The notes under the pieces: model-generated
Database searches by the model: none
What the model was told of the DNA's origin: nothing
Seen by the model: the letters and a program-made list of their open reading frames with translations, nothing else
Made by a program: the position numbers and the translations under genes
Source: Gemmatimonadota bacterium
Lineage (GTDB): Bacteria > Gemmatimonadota > Gemmatimonadetes > Gemmatimonadales > GWC2-71-9
Length of the DNA: 64,000 bases
Assembly (NCBI GenBank): GCA_031375485.1
Contig: JANMHX010000025.1
Coordinates: 35,360 to 99,359, forward strand
Direction of reading: 5' to 3'
Part shown: piece by piece, positions 28,637 to 38,279 of the stretch
How positions within the stretch are numbered: position 1 is the first letter of the stretch
Layout: the number at the start of each line of letters is the position of its first letter

Positions 28637-31600
28637 TTACGGCTTCTCGACCAGCTTGGGAACGGCCGGGTAGAGCCCCGCCTCCGCCAGCCGCTGATAG
28701 AACGGCTTCAACTTGCTCACCAGCGCATTGACTCGGTCAATCGCCGCGGGCACTTCGGTCTTGAGTTCATTCCATTGCGCCAAGTCCACCTCGGTTGGCG
28801 GAACCGTGGTGCCGCCGATGCTCCCGATGACCCCGCTCAACTTGAAGGTGATCACTTTTCGGAACTCCGAGAAATCGAACTCGGATTCGTCCCCTTCGTC
28901 ACGGATGAAGAAGGTCTTCTTGATCGGCTCGAGCTCCTTGGTCAGACTGTCGTAGGTAGCCCGGATGCCGGCCGGGACCACGGTGGTGTCGGAGAGCGCG
29001 GTCTTCATCCCGGCCAACTGGGTATTGGCGGTCCGTGCCGCCGTCGCGGCCTCCGCTAACCGGGCCTCGAGCCGCTGACCCTCCTTCAAGAGATCGAACC
29101 GGCGCTGGCGATCGGCGTCGGACATTGAGATTTCCCGGTCGCCCTTGACCGAGAACGATTGGGTGGCGACTTCCTTGCCGTTCACCACCAGCGCCGCCGT
29201 GAAGTTGCCGGGAAGAACCCAGGGGCCCCGGGTCCCGCTATTGCCCCTGCCGCCACCGCCGCCGAAGAACCCGCCGCCGGCCGGCGCCGCACCCTTGGGC
29301 GCCGGAATCGGTTCGATCCGGTAGTCCCAATGCACCACGTTCATCCCGGCCGCGCTGCTCTCCTTGACGTCATCGCCCTTGAGTTCACGGACCAGGTTGC
29401 CGGCACCATCCTTGATGACGACCCGGAGGCTGTCCGCCTTGGACTTGAGCCAATAGCTGATCGGGGCGGCGAGCGGCGGGTTCGGCCCGATGTACTGCAT
29501 GTCACCCATGCTGCCGTAGTAGCGGAATCCTTGGGCCGTCTGCTGATACGCGGGCGCCATCGAATAGAGGTATCCGTCGGCCGCTTGGGCCCGGTTCGCC
29601 TCCTGGAACGGGGTCAGATCATCGAGAATCCAGATTCCCCGGCCGTGGGTGGCGAGCAGCATCGCGTTGTCGCGCGGATGGAGCGTGATCTCGTAGATCG
29701 GGACCGTCGGCAGGTTGCCTCGCACCCGGATCCAGGTCTTCCCCCGATCCAGTGTCAGGTAGAGCCCGGTCTCCGTCCCGAGGTAGAGGACGTCCGCGTT
29801 CTTCTGATCTTCGGTGATGGTCCGGGCCACTTCGCCCCGGGGCAAGTTGCCGACGACCGGCTTCCACGAGGCCCCGAAATCCTGGCTGGCGTAGATATAA
29901 CTGCCGTAGTCGCCGGTCCGGTGGGAATCGAAGGTGACATAGACCGTCCCTTCGGCAAACCGCGACGGCTCGACCCGGGACACGTACGCCCACTTCGGAG
30001 CGTTCGGAATCTTGGCCGTGAGATTGGTCCACGTCGTCCCGCCGTCCCGGGTCACGTGGACCTGACCGTCGTCGGATCCGGCATAGATGAGCCCGGCCTT
30101 GAGACGCGACTCCGCGACGTTGAACAACGTGCCGTACTGATCGACCCCGTCGTTCTTGGCGATCTTGACGTCCTTGAGCTTGGCCCCCATCAGCATCATG
30201 GTATCGCGATCAACTGCCGTGGTCAGGTCGCCGCTGATGACCTTCCACGACTGGCCGCGATCGGTCGAACGAAACAGCCGGTTGCCGCCGATGTAAATCG
30301 TGGCGGCATCGTGGGGTGAGATGATGAACGGCGTGTCCCAATTCCACCGATGGGGCTTCTCGGTCGACGGCGCCTCCGGACGAATGCCCTTTTGCTCCCC
30401 GGTCACCTTGTCCATCCGGGAGAAGTACCCCTCCTGGGACGAGGTGTAGATGATCCGGGCATTGGTCGGGTCGATCAGGTTGACGAAGCCGTCGCCGCCG
30501 GGAATGGTCCACCAATCGGCGTCGGTAATGCCTTCGGTGTGCCGGACCTGGCTCGGCCCGCACCACGACTGGTTGTCTTGGAGCCCGCCGCAGACGTTGT
30601 ACGGCGTCTGCATGTCGTAGCCGACGTGATAGAACTGGGCCACCGGCAAGTGCGGAAACCACTGCCAGGTCCGGGCCTTGTCGCGGCTCACCGACACGCC
30701 GCCGTCGTTGCCGATCAGCAAGTGGTTCGAGTTGTTCGGATCGATCCACATGGCATGATGATCGACGTGAATCCGTTCGGCGCCATCGAACCGGAAGGTC
30801 TTCCCGCCGTCGTCGGAAATGCCCAGCGGTGTTTCCGGCAGGTAGACCCGAAGGTCGTTCTTCGGATCGACCCGGATGATCCCGAAATACATCGGGCGGC
30901 CGTTGTGCGAACCCATCTTCCGCCAGGTGGTTCCGGCATCGTCGGTCCGGTACACCCCGCCTTGCTTCTCATGCTCGACTCGGGCGTACAGGATATTGGG
31001 ATTGGTCCGGTAGATATCGAGCCCGACTCGTCCGAGCGATCCGGCCGGCAGGCCGTTCGTCAACTTGGTCCAAGTCCGGCCGGCGTCGGTCGTCTTCCAA
31101 ATCCCGCTGTTCGGCCCGCCGCCGTTGAACCCAAAGCTCGCCCGCCGCCGCTGATAGGTGGCCGCGTAGATCACCTTGTGATTGGTCGGATCCATGACCA
31201 ACTCGGTGCCGCCGGCATCCGGGCCCGCATCGAGCACCCGGCTCCAGGTCAGGCCGCCGTCGGTCGTCTTGTAGATGCCCCGCTCACCGCCGGCGCGCCA
31301 GAGATCGCCGAGCGCCGCGACATAGACGACCTCGGGATCCGTGGGATCGATCAGGATCCGGGAAATCTGCCGGGACTCGCGAAGCCCCATGTTCTTCCAG
31401 GTCTTCCCGCCATCGGCCGACTTGTAGACCCCGTCACCCCACGAGCTGCTCTGCCGGTTGTTGCCCTCCCCGGTGCCGACCCACACCAGGTTCGGATCAT
31501 CCGCCGCCATCGCCACGTCACCAATCGAGGCGGTGGCCGCCGAGTCAAACACCGGCGAGAGGGTAATCCCTCCATTCACCGTCTTCCAAAGCCCACCGGT

Positions 31601-31783
31601 GGCGGTCGCGATGTAGAACACGTTAGGGTCCCGCTCCAACACCGCAAAGTCGTCGATCCGCCCGCTCGGCCCGGTGGGACCGATGTTACGGAACTTGAGC
31701 TTGTCGAAGGGACCGCCCTTCCAGGCGGTGTCGGGGGTCTGGGCGGCGAGCGCGAGAACGAGGAGGATCGGGTGTAGGAACAC
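28637..31783 (-). CDS. Sortilin/VPS10-like BNR repeat protein, paralog of 19491..22601
   Basis: It aligns with the first copy along its full length, with long identical stretches (GPSGRIDDFAVL, NLVWVGTGE, NNRQSSSWGDG, GGERGIYKT). The GTG at 31783 gives (M)FLHPILLVLALAAQ. The ATG at 31858 is the alternative start. Confidence 0.85.
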   Translation of the reverse strand: MFLHPILLVLALAAQTPDTAWKGGPFDKLKFRNIGPTGPSGRIDDFAVLERDPNVFYIATATGGLWKTVNGGITLSPVFDSAATASIGDVAMAADDPNLVWVGTGEGNNRQSSSWGDGVYKSADGGKTWKNMGLRESRQISRILIDPTDPEVVYVAALGDLWRAGGERGIYKTTDGGLTWSRVLDAGPDAGGTELVMDPTNHKVIYAATYQRRRASFGFNGGGPNSGIWKTTDAGRTWTKLTNGLPAGSLGRVGLDIYRTNPNILYARVEHEKQGGVYRTDDAGTTWRKMGSHNGRPMYFGIIRVDPKNDLRVYLPETPLGISDDGGKTFRFDGAERIHVDHHAMWIDPNNSNHLLIGNDGGVSVSRDKARTWQWFPHLPVAQFYHVGYDMQTPYNVCGGLQDNQSWCGPSQVRHTEGITDADWWTIPGGDGFVNLIDPTNARIIYTSSQEGYFSRMDKVTGEQKGIRPEAPSTEKPHRWNWDTPFIISPHDAATIYIGGNRLFRSTDRGQSWKVISGDLTTAVDRDTMMLMGAKLKDVKIAKNDGVDQYGTLFNVAESRLKAGLIYAGSDDGQVHVTRDGGTTWTNLTAKIPNAPKWAYVSRVEPSRFAEGTVYVTFDSHRTGDYGSYIYASQDFGASWKPVVGNLPRGEVARTITEDQKNADVLYLGTETGLYLTLDRGKTWIRVRGNLPTVPIYEITLHPRDNAMLLATHGRGIWILDDLTPFQEANRAQAADGYLYSMAPAYQQTAQGFRYYGSMGDMQYIGPNPPLAAPISYWLKSKADSLRVVIKDGAGNLVRELKGDDVKESSAAGMNVVHWDYRIEPIPAPKGAAPAGGGFFGGGGGRGNSGTRGPWVLPGNFTAALVVNGKEVATQSFSVKGDREISMSDADRQRRFDLLKEGQRLEARLAEAATAARTANTQLAGMKTALSDTTVVPAGIRATYDSLTKELEPIKKTFFIRDEGDESEFDFSEFRKVITFKLSGVIGSIGGTTVPPTEVDLAQWNELKTEVPAAIDRVNALVSKLKPFYQRLAEAGLYPAVPKLVEKP

Positions 31784-31885
31784 GGAGGACGCCTGGATTG
31801 TCGGAGCGAATAACCTAACCGATTGCAACCTTTTCGGCCCCGGCCCCGTCCTAGTCATTACCCCCAGTTACTGGTAGGAGACATC

Positions 31886-32218
31886 ATGGGCACCGACAGC
31901 TCCGTCATCCGGGGCACCCTCGACATGCTGGTGCTGAAAGTGTTGTCCCTCGGCCCCTTGCACGGCTTTGGGATCTCGGAGTTGATCCAAGCCCGCTCCG
32001 CCGACGCCCTCCGAGTGGGCCAAGGGGCACTCTACGCCTCGCTCTACCGCCTCACCCGGGAAGGATGGATCCGGTCGTCCTGGCGGGACACCGAGAACGG
32101 CCGCCGGGCCCGCTACTACGCCCTGTCCCGCGCCGGCGAACAGCAGCTCGCCACCGAAGCCGAGCACTGGCAACGGCTGGCGGGGGGGGTCACGCGAATC
32201 ATGGCACTCTCGACCTGA
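31886..32218 (+). CDS. PadR family transcriptional regulator
   Basis: ATG at 31886 is preceded by TAGGAG. GTLDMLVLKVLSLGPLHGFGISELI is the PadR winged-helix signature. Confidence 0.9.
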   Translation: MGTDSSVIRGTLDMLVLKVLSLGPLHGFGISELIQARSADALRVGQGALYASLYRLTREGWIRSSWRDTENGRRARYYALSRAGEQQLATEAEHWQRLAGGVTRIMALST

Positions 32219-32228
32219 GGATCTCCCG

Positions 32229-34856
32229 ATGCGACGACTGCGCGACCTCTGGTACCGTCTGACGATCCTGATCCGCCCTGGGACCGCTGAGCGCGAAATG
32301 CGCGAAGAGTTCGCGTTCCACCTCGAGATGGAAACCCAGAAACTCGAACAAGCCGGTATGCCGGCCGCCGAGGCGGCGCGGCAGGCGCGAATCCGCTTCG
32401 GCAACCACACTGGGAACCAGCAGGCCGCCCGAGACAGCTGGGGCACCGGCCTGATCCGGGACCTCGCCGCCGACCTGCTCCACACTCTCCGCCAATTTCG
32501 CCGCCGGCCCGCCTTCTCCGCGCTCGGCATCGGTACCCTGGCGTTGGGGTTGGGTGCCACCATCGCGCTCGGCAGTGTCGTGCGGTCGGTGCTGCTCCGG
32601 CCGCTGCCGGTGACCGACGAAGCCGCCCTCCGGGTCTTCTGGTCCGACTACAACTGGCGCGGCGTCGAGTTCGACTTCCTGGCCGAGCGGACCCGGGTGT
32701 TCACGCTCGCCGCCTATTCGACCGACGCGGCCCTGCTCCGGACCGAATCGGGGAGCTCGGCGCTCCTCGCCGGCGTGGTCTCGGCCGGCCTGTTCGACGT
32801 GATCGGCGCCCGGCCGGCCCTGGGCCGGACCTTCCAGAAGGGTGAAGATCGCCCGGGCGCGGAGCCCACGGTGGTCTTGAGCCACGGGGTCTGGCAAACT
32901 GAGCTGGCCGGCGACCCCGCCGTGATCGGCCGCCGGATCGTGCTCGACGGGCAGCCGGTCACCGTGATCGGCGTGATGCCCCGAGGTTTCTTTTTCCCGA
33001 CGCCCGAACTCCGGATCTGGCGGCCGCTCAGCCTCGATCCCGCGGCGGGCGACTATCAGGGCAACGGCTGGCTGGTCGTGCTTGGCCGGGTGGCCGCCGG
33101 CACGTCGGAGTCCCTAGTGGCCGGCGACATCGCCGCCATGGCCAAGGCGTTAGGCGAACGCTTCGAGTACCCCGCCGCCTGGGACAAGACCAAGGACGCC
33201 CACGCCACACCCCTCCGAACCTACCTGGTCGGCGACCAGGGGCCCGGGCTGCTGCTCCTCCTCGGCGCCGGCCTGCTGATCTTGGTCATGGCCTGCGCCA
33301 ACGTCGCGGCCCTGATCCTGGCCCGGACGACCGACCGGACCCAGGAAATCGCCCTCCGGTCGGCGTTAGGCGCCGGCCGGACCCGGCTGGCCCGCCAGAT
33401 CGTGACGGAATCGCTGACCTTGGCGCTGGTGGCCGGCCTTCTCGGCGCGATCGTGGCGGCCCTCGGATTCCGGGTGTTGGTGGCGAGCCTCCCGCTGACC
33501 AACGGCATGGCCGAGACGGTGACGCTCGATTGGACCGCCTTCGCCTTGGGGTTAGCCCTGGCCGCGAGCGTGGGCCTGGCGGTGTCCGCCGTCCCGGTTC
33601 GAAATCTCCTCCGGGGCGAGCTGCAGGGCCTGGGCTCGGAGCGCGGGGTCCGCGGAATCGGCCACCACACCAGCCGGGTCCACGGCGTGCTGGTGACCGC
33701 GGAGGCGGCGGTGGCCGTGCTCCTGGTGGTCGGGGCCGGACTCATGATCCGCTCGGTTGAGCGGCTCTATTCGTTGGACCTGGGCTTCGAGCCTCGCGGC
33801 GTGGCAGCCATCGATCTCTTTGCGGGGAGCACTGACGTTACGCCGGCCACGCGGCGGCAGTTCTTCGCTGCCATCGTTGAACGGGCGGCCGCCCTGCCCG
33901 GAGTCGCCAGCGCCGCCTTGGTGTCGAGGTTGCCGATCCGGGATGGCGGGTGGCAGGGCACCGTGTCGATCGAAGGCAATCCCGACCTTCAGGGGAGTTC
34001 GGCGCCCAACAGCATGTTCCGGCCGGTCACCCCCGACTATTTCAGAACCTTGGGCATCGCCATCACCCGGGGCCGGGGCTTTACCGCCGCCGATCGCGAA
34101 GGCACGCCACCCGTCGCGGTGATCAGTGAGTCGTTTGCCGCCAAGGCCTGGCCCGGATTGGATCCGATCGGCCGTAGGTTCGGGCACAGCTTCGGAGTCG
34201 GCGACAATCTGGTGACCGTCATCGGGGTCACCGAAGACATCAAGATCACCAGCATCACGGGGGTCAATCCGTTGGTGATGTATGTCCCGGTGGCCCAGCG
34301 GGCCGAGCCGCTCGTCGGGTCGGTCCTGGTCGTGGCCGGAGCCGGCGGCGCCAACGAGGCGGTGATCACCCCGATCCGGCAGTTGGTCCGGGAACTCGAA
34401 CCTCGGATTGCCGTCGGCCGGGTGACCGACCTGGAAACCGTCGTGGCGACGGCGCTGGCCGAGCCGCTCCGGCTCCGGTTCTTCCTGACGCTCTTCGCGA
34501 CGCTGGCCTTGGTGCTGGGCGTCGTCGGGGTCTACTCGGTAGTGTCGTACGCGGTGACCCGCCGGCGGAGCGAGTTCGGCGTGCGGATGGCGTTAGGCGC
34601 CGGGGCCGGGCAGGTCCTCCGGCAGGTGATTGGTCGAGGACTGGTGCCGGTGGCGGTGGGAACCGCCATTGGGTTGGTCGTCGCCATCGGACTGGGCCGG
34701 GCGGCATCCGGATTTCTCTATCAAGTCTCCCCTGCCGACCCGGTCAGTTTGAGCGTGGCGGTGGTGTCCTTGCTGGGCGCCGGGATCGCGGCCTCGGTGA
34801 TCCCGGCCTGGCGGGCGGCCCGGGTAAGCCCGGTCGAATCGCTGCGGTCGGAGTAG
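32229..34856 (+). CDS. ADOP-type duplicated FtsX/MacB-like permease (orphan, no adjacent ATPase)
   Basis: 875 aa. It has the N-terminal permease prefix helix MRRLRDLWYRLTILIRPGTAEREMREEFAFHLEMET and two FtsX modules. It starts 10 bp after padR. Confidence 0.9.
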   Translation: MRRLRDLWYRLTILIRPGTAEREMREEFAFHLEMETQKLEQAGMPAAEAARQARIRFGNHTGNQQAARDSWGTGLIRDLAADLLHTLRQFRRRPAFSALGIGTLALGLGATIALGSVVRSVLLRPLPVTDEAALRVFWSDYNWRGVEFDFLAERTRVFTLAAYSTDAALLRTESGSSALLAGVVSAGLFDVIGARPALGRTFQKGEDRPGAEPTVVLSHGVWQTELAGDPAVIGRRIVLDGQPVTVIGVMPRGFFFPTPELRIWRPLSLDPAAGDYQGNGWLVVLGRVAAGTSESLVAGDIAAMAKALGERFEYPAAWDKTKDAHATPLRTYLVGDQGPGLLLLLGAGLLILVMACANVAALILARTTDRTQEIALRSALGAGRTRLARQIVTESLTLALVAGLLGAIVAALGFRVLVASLPLTNGMAETVTLDWTAFALGLALAASVGLAVSAVPVRNLLRGELQGLGSERGVRGIGHHTSRVHGVLVTAEAAVAVLLVVGAGLMIRSVERLYSLDLGFEPRGVAAIDLFAGSTDVTPATRRQFFAAIVERAAALPGVASAALVSRLPIRDGGWQGTVSIEGNPDLQGSSAPNSMFRPVTPDYFRTLGIAITRGRGFTAADREGTPPVAVISESFAAKAWPGLDPIGRRFGHSFGVGDNLVTVIGVTEDIKITSITGVNPLVMYVPVAQRAEPLVGSVLVVAGAGGANEAVITPIRQLVRELEPRIAVGRVTDLETVVATALAEPLRLRFFLTLFATLALVLGVVGVYSVVSYAVTRRRSEFGVRMALGAGAGQVLRQVIGRGLVPVAVGTAIGLVVAIGLGRAASGFLYQVSPADPVSLSVAVVSLLGAGIAASVIPAWRAARVSPVESLRSE

Positions 34857-34933
34857 CGCGATAGTCGCCATCCCGCCATCGCGGCGATAAGATTGAGGAG
34901 GCCACCCGCGATTTGGAGGACCGATTGAAACGG

Positions 34934-35386
34934 ATGACGCTCACTCATCGGGCCGGCGGCGGGCCCTGGCGAACGGCCGCGTCCGTCGCCCTTTTTGCCT
35001 CCGCCATGCTTGCCGGCGCCCCGGCTCACGCGGCGGCCCAAACGTCGATCCCCGATTCGGCGGGCCCCGTGTTTCTCGAAAGGGAGGTCGATCGTCCGGT
35101 TGAGCCGGTCCGCTTCGAGCGACCGGTATTCCCGCCCAGTCTTCGAACGACCACGGCCTGCGGCTGGGCAAACCTCGGCTACATCGTCGGGCGGGAGGGT
35201 CGGGTCGAACGGGCCTCCGTCGTGGTCCTTCGGGCCAGCCATCCCGAGTTCGGCAGGGCGGCAAGCACCGCGATTCTCGGTTCGATGTTCAAGCCCGCCC
35301 TCCGCCGGGGCGATCCGGTCCGCCAACGGGTGGTGCAACGGGTCACGTTCCCACCGCCGTCGGGCTCGCCGGCCCGATGCCGTTGA
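34934..35386 (+). CDS. TonB C-terminal domain-like protein
   Basis: The C-terminal half (PVFPPSLR...GYIVGREGRVERASVVVLRASHPEFGRAASTAILGSMFKPALRRGDPVRQRVVQRVTF) matches the TonB_C pattern. The start is uncertain: ATG 34934, or TTG 34913/34925. Confidence 0.6.
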   Translation: MTLTHRAGGGPWRTAASVALFASAMLAGAPAHAAAQTSIPDSAGPVFLEREVDRPVEPVRFERPVFPPSLRTTTACGWANLGYIVGREGRVERASVVVLRASHPEFGRAASTAILGSMFKPALRRGDPVRQRVVQRVTFPPPSGSPARCR

Positions 35387-35410
35387 ACGGCTCGATCGCC
35401 GGGGTGACCG

Positions 35411-35926
35411 CTACTGAACCGTCACCAATTCGAGGCTGAACACCAGCACGGCATTCGGCGGGATCGGCCCGTTCCCGTTGGCGCCATAGCCCTGTTCCGA
35501 CGGTACGACCAGCAGCCGCTTGCCGCCGACTTTCATGCCGGGCACCCCGTCATCCCAGCCCTGAATGACCCGCTTGTCGCCGATCCGAAAGGTGTACGGC
35601 CTCCCATTGCTGGCGTCGAACTGAGTCCCGTCCGGTAGCGTACCGACGTAGTTGAGCGACGCCGTCGTCCCAACCTTCGCCTCGGCACCGGTGCCGACCA
35701 CCAAGTCTTTGTAGTAGAGGCCCGTAGCGGTCTTCGTCATGGTGGCCACATCGACGCCCAGTGCCGGTGCGAAGGTGGTGGTCGGGATGACGTCAGCGGC
35801 CGGCGCGGCCGGAGCCACAGCCGGCGGCGCTGCGGCAGCCGAGTCGGCGTTGGCCCCGGCGTCGGGTTTCGCGCCACAGGCGGCGAGGATCAGGGCGAGG
35901 GTCGGGTAAATCAGGTTCCGGGGCAT
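35411..35926 (-). CDS. FKBP-type peptidyl-prolyl cis-trans isomerase, lipoprotein
   Basis: Lipobox in LALILAACG. The FKBP core is YVGTLPDGTQFDAS...FRIGDKRVIQGWDDGVPGMKVGGKRLLVVPSEQGYG. Confidence 0.9.
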   Translation of the reverse strand: MPRNLIYPTLALILAACGAKPDAGANADSAAAAPPAVAPAAPAADVIPTTTFAPALGVDVATMTKTATGLYYKDLVVGTGAEAKVGTTASLNYVGTLPDGTQFDASNGRPYTFRIGDKRVIQGWDDGVPGMKVGGKRLLVVPSEQGYGANGNGPIPPNAVLVFSLELVTVQ

Positions 35927-35985
35927 CGAATGACCTACGGGAAATGGTGAGGCGGAAAGATCGCGTCACCACTCCGGCCCGGCAA

Positions 35986-38151
35986 CTACCGCCCGGTCGG
36001 GTCCCGGCGCCCGCTCAGCAACCGGAGCAGCAGTCGCTCCGCCCGAGCCCCGATTCGGTCCTGCCAATCCCGGTCGAGCCGCCATTCGGGGGCCTCCTCC
36101 TGCTCGCACGGTTGGTCCTCCGGCTCGGTGCCGGCCAAGAACACTTCCCGGGTACCACAGTCGCCGTCCCACTCGGAGCCGCCCCGGGCCAGATGGGCCG
36201 TTGCCACGCCATCGGGGACCGGAAACGAGCCGCTCTCGTCCTCGGGATTCGCCTGCCCCAGAAATGCGGCCACGATCGGCAGCGCCGCGGTGGCCCCGGT
36301 CATCCGAAGACTCCGGCCGTCGTCGAACCCGACCCAGACCCCGACCACGAGGGTGGAGGAGTAGGCCACGAACCACGCATCCCGCCAGTCGTTCGACGTG
36401 CCGGTCTTCCCGGCGATGGCGCCGAACCGGCCCCCGACGTCGAGCGCCCGCCCGGTGCCGCGGGTCACCACGCCCTCGAGGGCCGAGGTGACCAAGTAGG
36501 CTGCGGCCGGATCCACGACCCGGGTCACCACCGGTTCGGGCGCCTCGACCCCGGATCCGCCTAACGGTTGGCGGGCCAACACGGCGCGCGACGCCGCCAG
36601 GTCGCCGCCGGTGGCGAACACGCCGTAGGCCCGTACCAACTCCAGCAAAGTGACCCCCGAACTGCCGAGCGCGAGGCTCGGCACCGGATCGAGTGCGCTG
36701 GCGATGCCGAGCCGCCGCGCGGCATCGACGATCCGTTTCGGCCCAACCGCCAAGCCGATCCGAACGAACGGTACGTTGAGCGACTGTTCCATGGCCTGGC
36801 GCACGGTCACCTGGCCTCGGAACTCGTGGTCGTAATTGCTCGGCTCCCACCGGCCGGCGGGCGTCTTGAGACTCAACGGCTCGTCGTCGACGACCGAGGC
36901 CAAGGTGAAGGCGGGGTCTTGGTCACCGTGGCGCTCCAAGGCCGCGAGCGCGACGACCGGCTTGAAGGCGCTCCCGGGCTGACGCCGGGCCTCGGTCGCC
37001 CGGTTGAACTGCGAGGCGCCGTACTCCCGCCCGCCGACCATCGCGAGGATGTCACCGGTTCGCGGATCGATGGCAACCAGCGCAGCCTCGATGCCCCGGT
37101 CCTGAAACCGCGCCAGACCCTCGCGCACCGCCCGCTCCGCCGCCCGCTGGAGCGTGGCGTCGAGCGTGCTCAGCACCGCCACCCCGCGGGCCGGGGTCCG
37201 AGCCGACAACTCGGCCACCGCGAAGTCGCGGAAGTACCGGCTGTCCAGGGTCCGGGAAGCGTAGGTCCGGGTCGGAACCCGGATCCGGCTGGCCCGCTCG
37301 GCCGCCGCTCGAGTGATCCGGCCTTGCTCGACCATCAACTGGAGCACCAAGTTCCGCCGCCGCCGAGCGGTCCACGGATGCCGGCTCGGCGAATATCGGT
37401 TTGGCGCGCTGATCATCCCGGCCAAGAGCGCGGACTCGGCCGGGCCGATCTTCCGGGCGTCCTTCCCGAAGTAGAAGCGGGCGGCCGCCCCAACCCCGTG
37501 GATCTGGTTGCCGCCGTCCTGGCCCAAATAGATCTCGTTGAGGTAGGCCTCGAGAATCTCGGCCTTGTCGTATTGCGCTTCCAAGACCGAGGCATAGGCC
37601 GATTCGCGGATCTTCCGAAGCGGGGTCCGGTCGGCCGACAGAAACAGGTTCTTGGCCAGCTGCTGAGTCAGGGTACTCCCGCCCTGGGCCACCCGGCGGG
37701 CTTTGAGATTGGCCACCAACGCCCCGCCGATCCGCCGGAAATCGAGGCCGTCGTGTTGGTAGAAGCGTTGATCCTCAACAGCCAGTACCGCCTGAATCAG
37801 GTGATCGGGCAGCTCTTCGACCCGAAGGGGAATCCGCTGTTCGGCCAGCCGATCGTCGATCGGGCCGACCGGCACTAGCTCCGCCCGCCGTCCGTCCCCG
37901 CCCCACGGCACCGCTCGCGAATAGACCGCACTCGGCAGCCGGGCCTCGGGGCTCGTCAGCTCGGCGCGAAAGGCCGCCTCGCCGGCGATGCCGAGCCCTC
38001 CCGCCGCCAGCCCCAGCACCAGGACCTGGCCGATCCGCCGGGCCGGAATTCGGGCCCGAAACGCACTGAAGGTCGCTTGCAACCGGGACGTGAAGGCCTG
38101 CCAAGTCACGGGGCGCTCCGGAAAAGGGTTGGGTATCTGTCTTGGACGCAT
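35986..38151 (-). CDS. Class A penicillin-binding protein (PBP1A family transglycosylase/transpeptidase)
   Basis: The GT51 motif is AVEDQRFYQHDGLD. The transpeptidase motifs are SAFKP (SxxK), SLN and KTGTS. Confidence 0.9.
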   Translation of the reverse strand: MRPRQIPNPFPERPVTWQAFTSRLQATFSAFRARIPARRIGQVLVLGLAAGGLGIAGEAAFRAELTSPEARLPSAVYSRAVPWGGDGRRAELVPVGPIDDRLAEQRIPLRVEELPDHLIQAVLAVEDQRFYQHDGLDFRRIGGALVANLKARRVAQGGSTLTQQLAKNLFLSADRTPLRKIRESAYASVLEAQYDKAEILEAYLNEIYLGQDGGNQIHGVGAAARFYFGKDARKIGPAESALLAGMISAPNRYSPSRHPWTARRRRNLVLQLMVEQGRITRAAAERASRIRVPTRTYASRTLDSRYFRDFAVAELSARTPARGVAVLSTLDATLQRAAERAVREGLARFQDRGIEAALVAIDPRTGDILAMVGGREYGASQFNRATEARRQPGSAFKPVVALAALERHGDQDPAFTLASVVDDEPLSLKTPAGRWEPSNYDHEFRGQVTVRQAMEQSLNVPFVRIGLAVGPKRIVDAARRLGIASALDPVPSLALGSSGVTLLELVRAYGVFATGGDLAASRAVLARQPLGGSGVEAPEPVVTRVVDPAAAYLVTSALEGVVTRGTGRALDVGGRFGAIAGKTGTSNDWRDAWFVAYSSTLVVGVWVGFDDGRSLRMTGATAALPIVAAFLGQANPEDESGSFPVPDGVATAHLARGGSEWDGDCGTREVFLAGTEPEDQPCEQEEAPEWRLDRDWQDRIGARAERLLLRLLSGRRDPTGR

Positions 38152-38184
38152 GAGAGGGGCAAAGGGTTTCAGGGTGGAACAGGG

Positions 38185-38219
38185 CTCGGCACTCGGTGCT
38201 CGGCGCTCGGCACTCGGCG
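38185..38219 (+). repeat. 35-bp heptamer tandem repeat, copy 2 (CTCGGCA CTCGGTG CTCGGCG CTCGGCA CTCGGCG)
   Basis: Read directly from the sequence. It is intergenic and flanked on both sides by G-quadruplex-type G-run motifs (38156-38184 and 38219-38242). Confidence 0.85.
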
Positions 38220-38279
38220 GGGGGTGGGTTAGGGTTCAGGGGTGTGAAGGTCGGGCTTCCCCTTGCGAGGAGGTGTTCC

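Noticed and set aside
31842-31872. A possible PadR operator, TCCTA-N21-TAGGA, upstream of padR.
   Set aside because: The arms are only 5 bp with a long spacer. There is no ATGT/ACAT-type PadR half-site. This is too weak to report as a feature.
35946-35970. An imperfect hairpin, GGTGAGGCGG-aaaga-TCGCGTCACC, downstream of the PBP1A gene.
   Set aside because: It has two mismatches in a short stem and only a weak U-tract. I am not confident it is a terminator.
38226-38236. A telomere-like GGGTTAGGGTT string.
   Set aside because: It is a single occurrence embedded in the G-quadruplex motif. I consider it a coincidence of G-run spacing, not a telomeric repeat.
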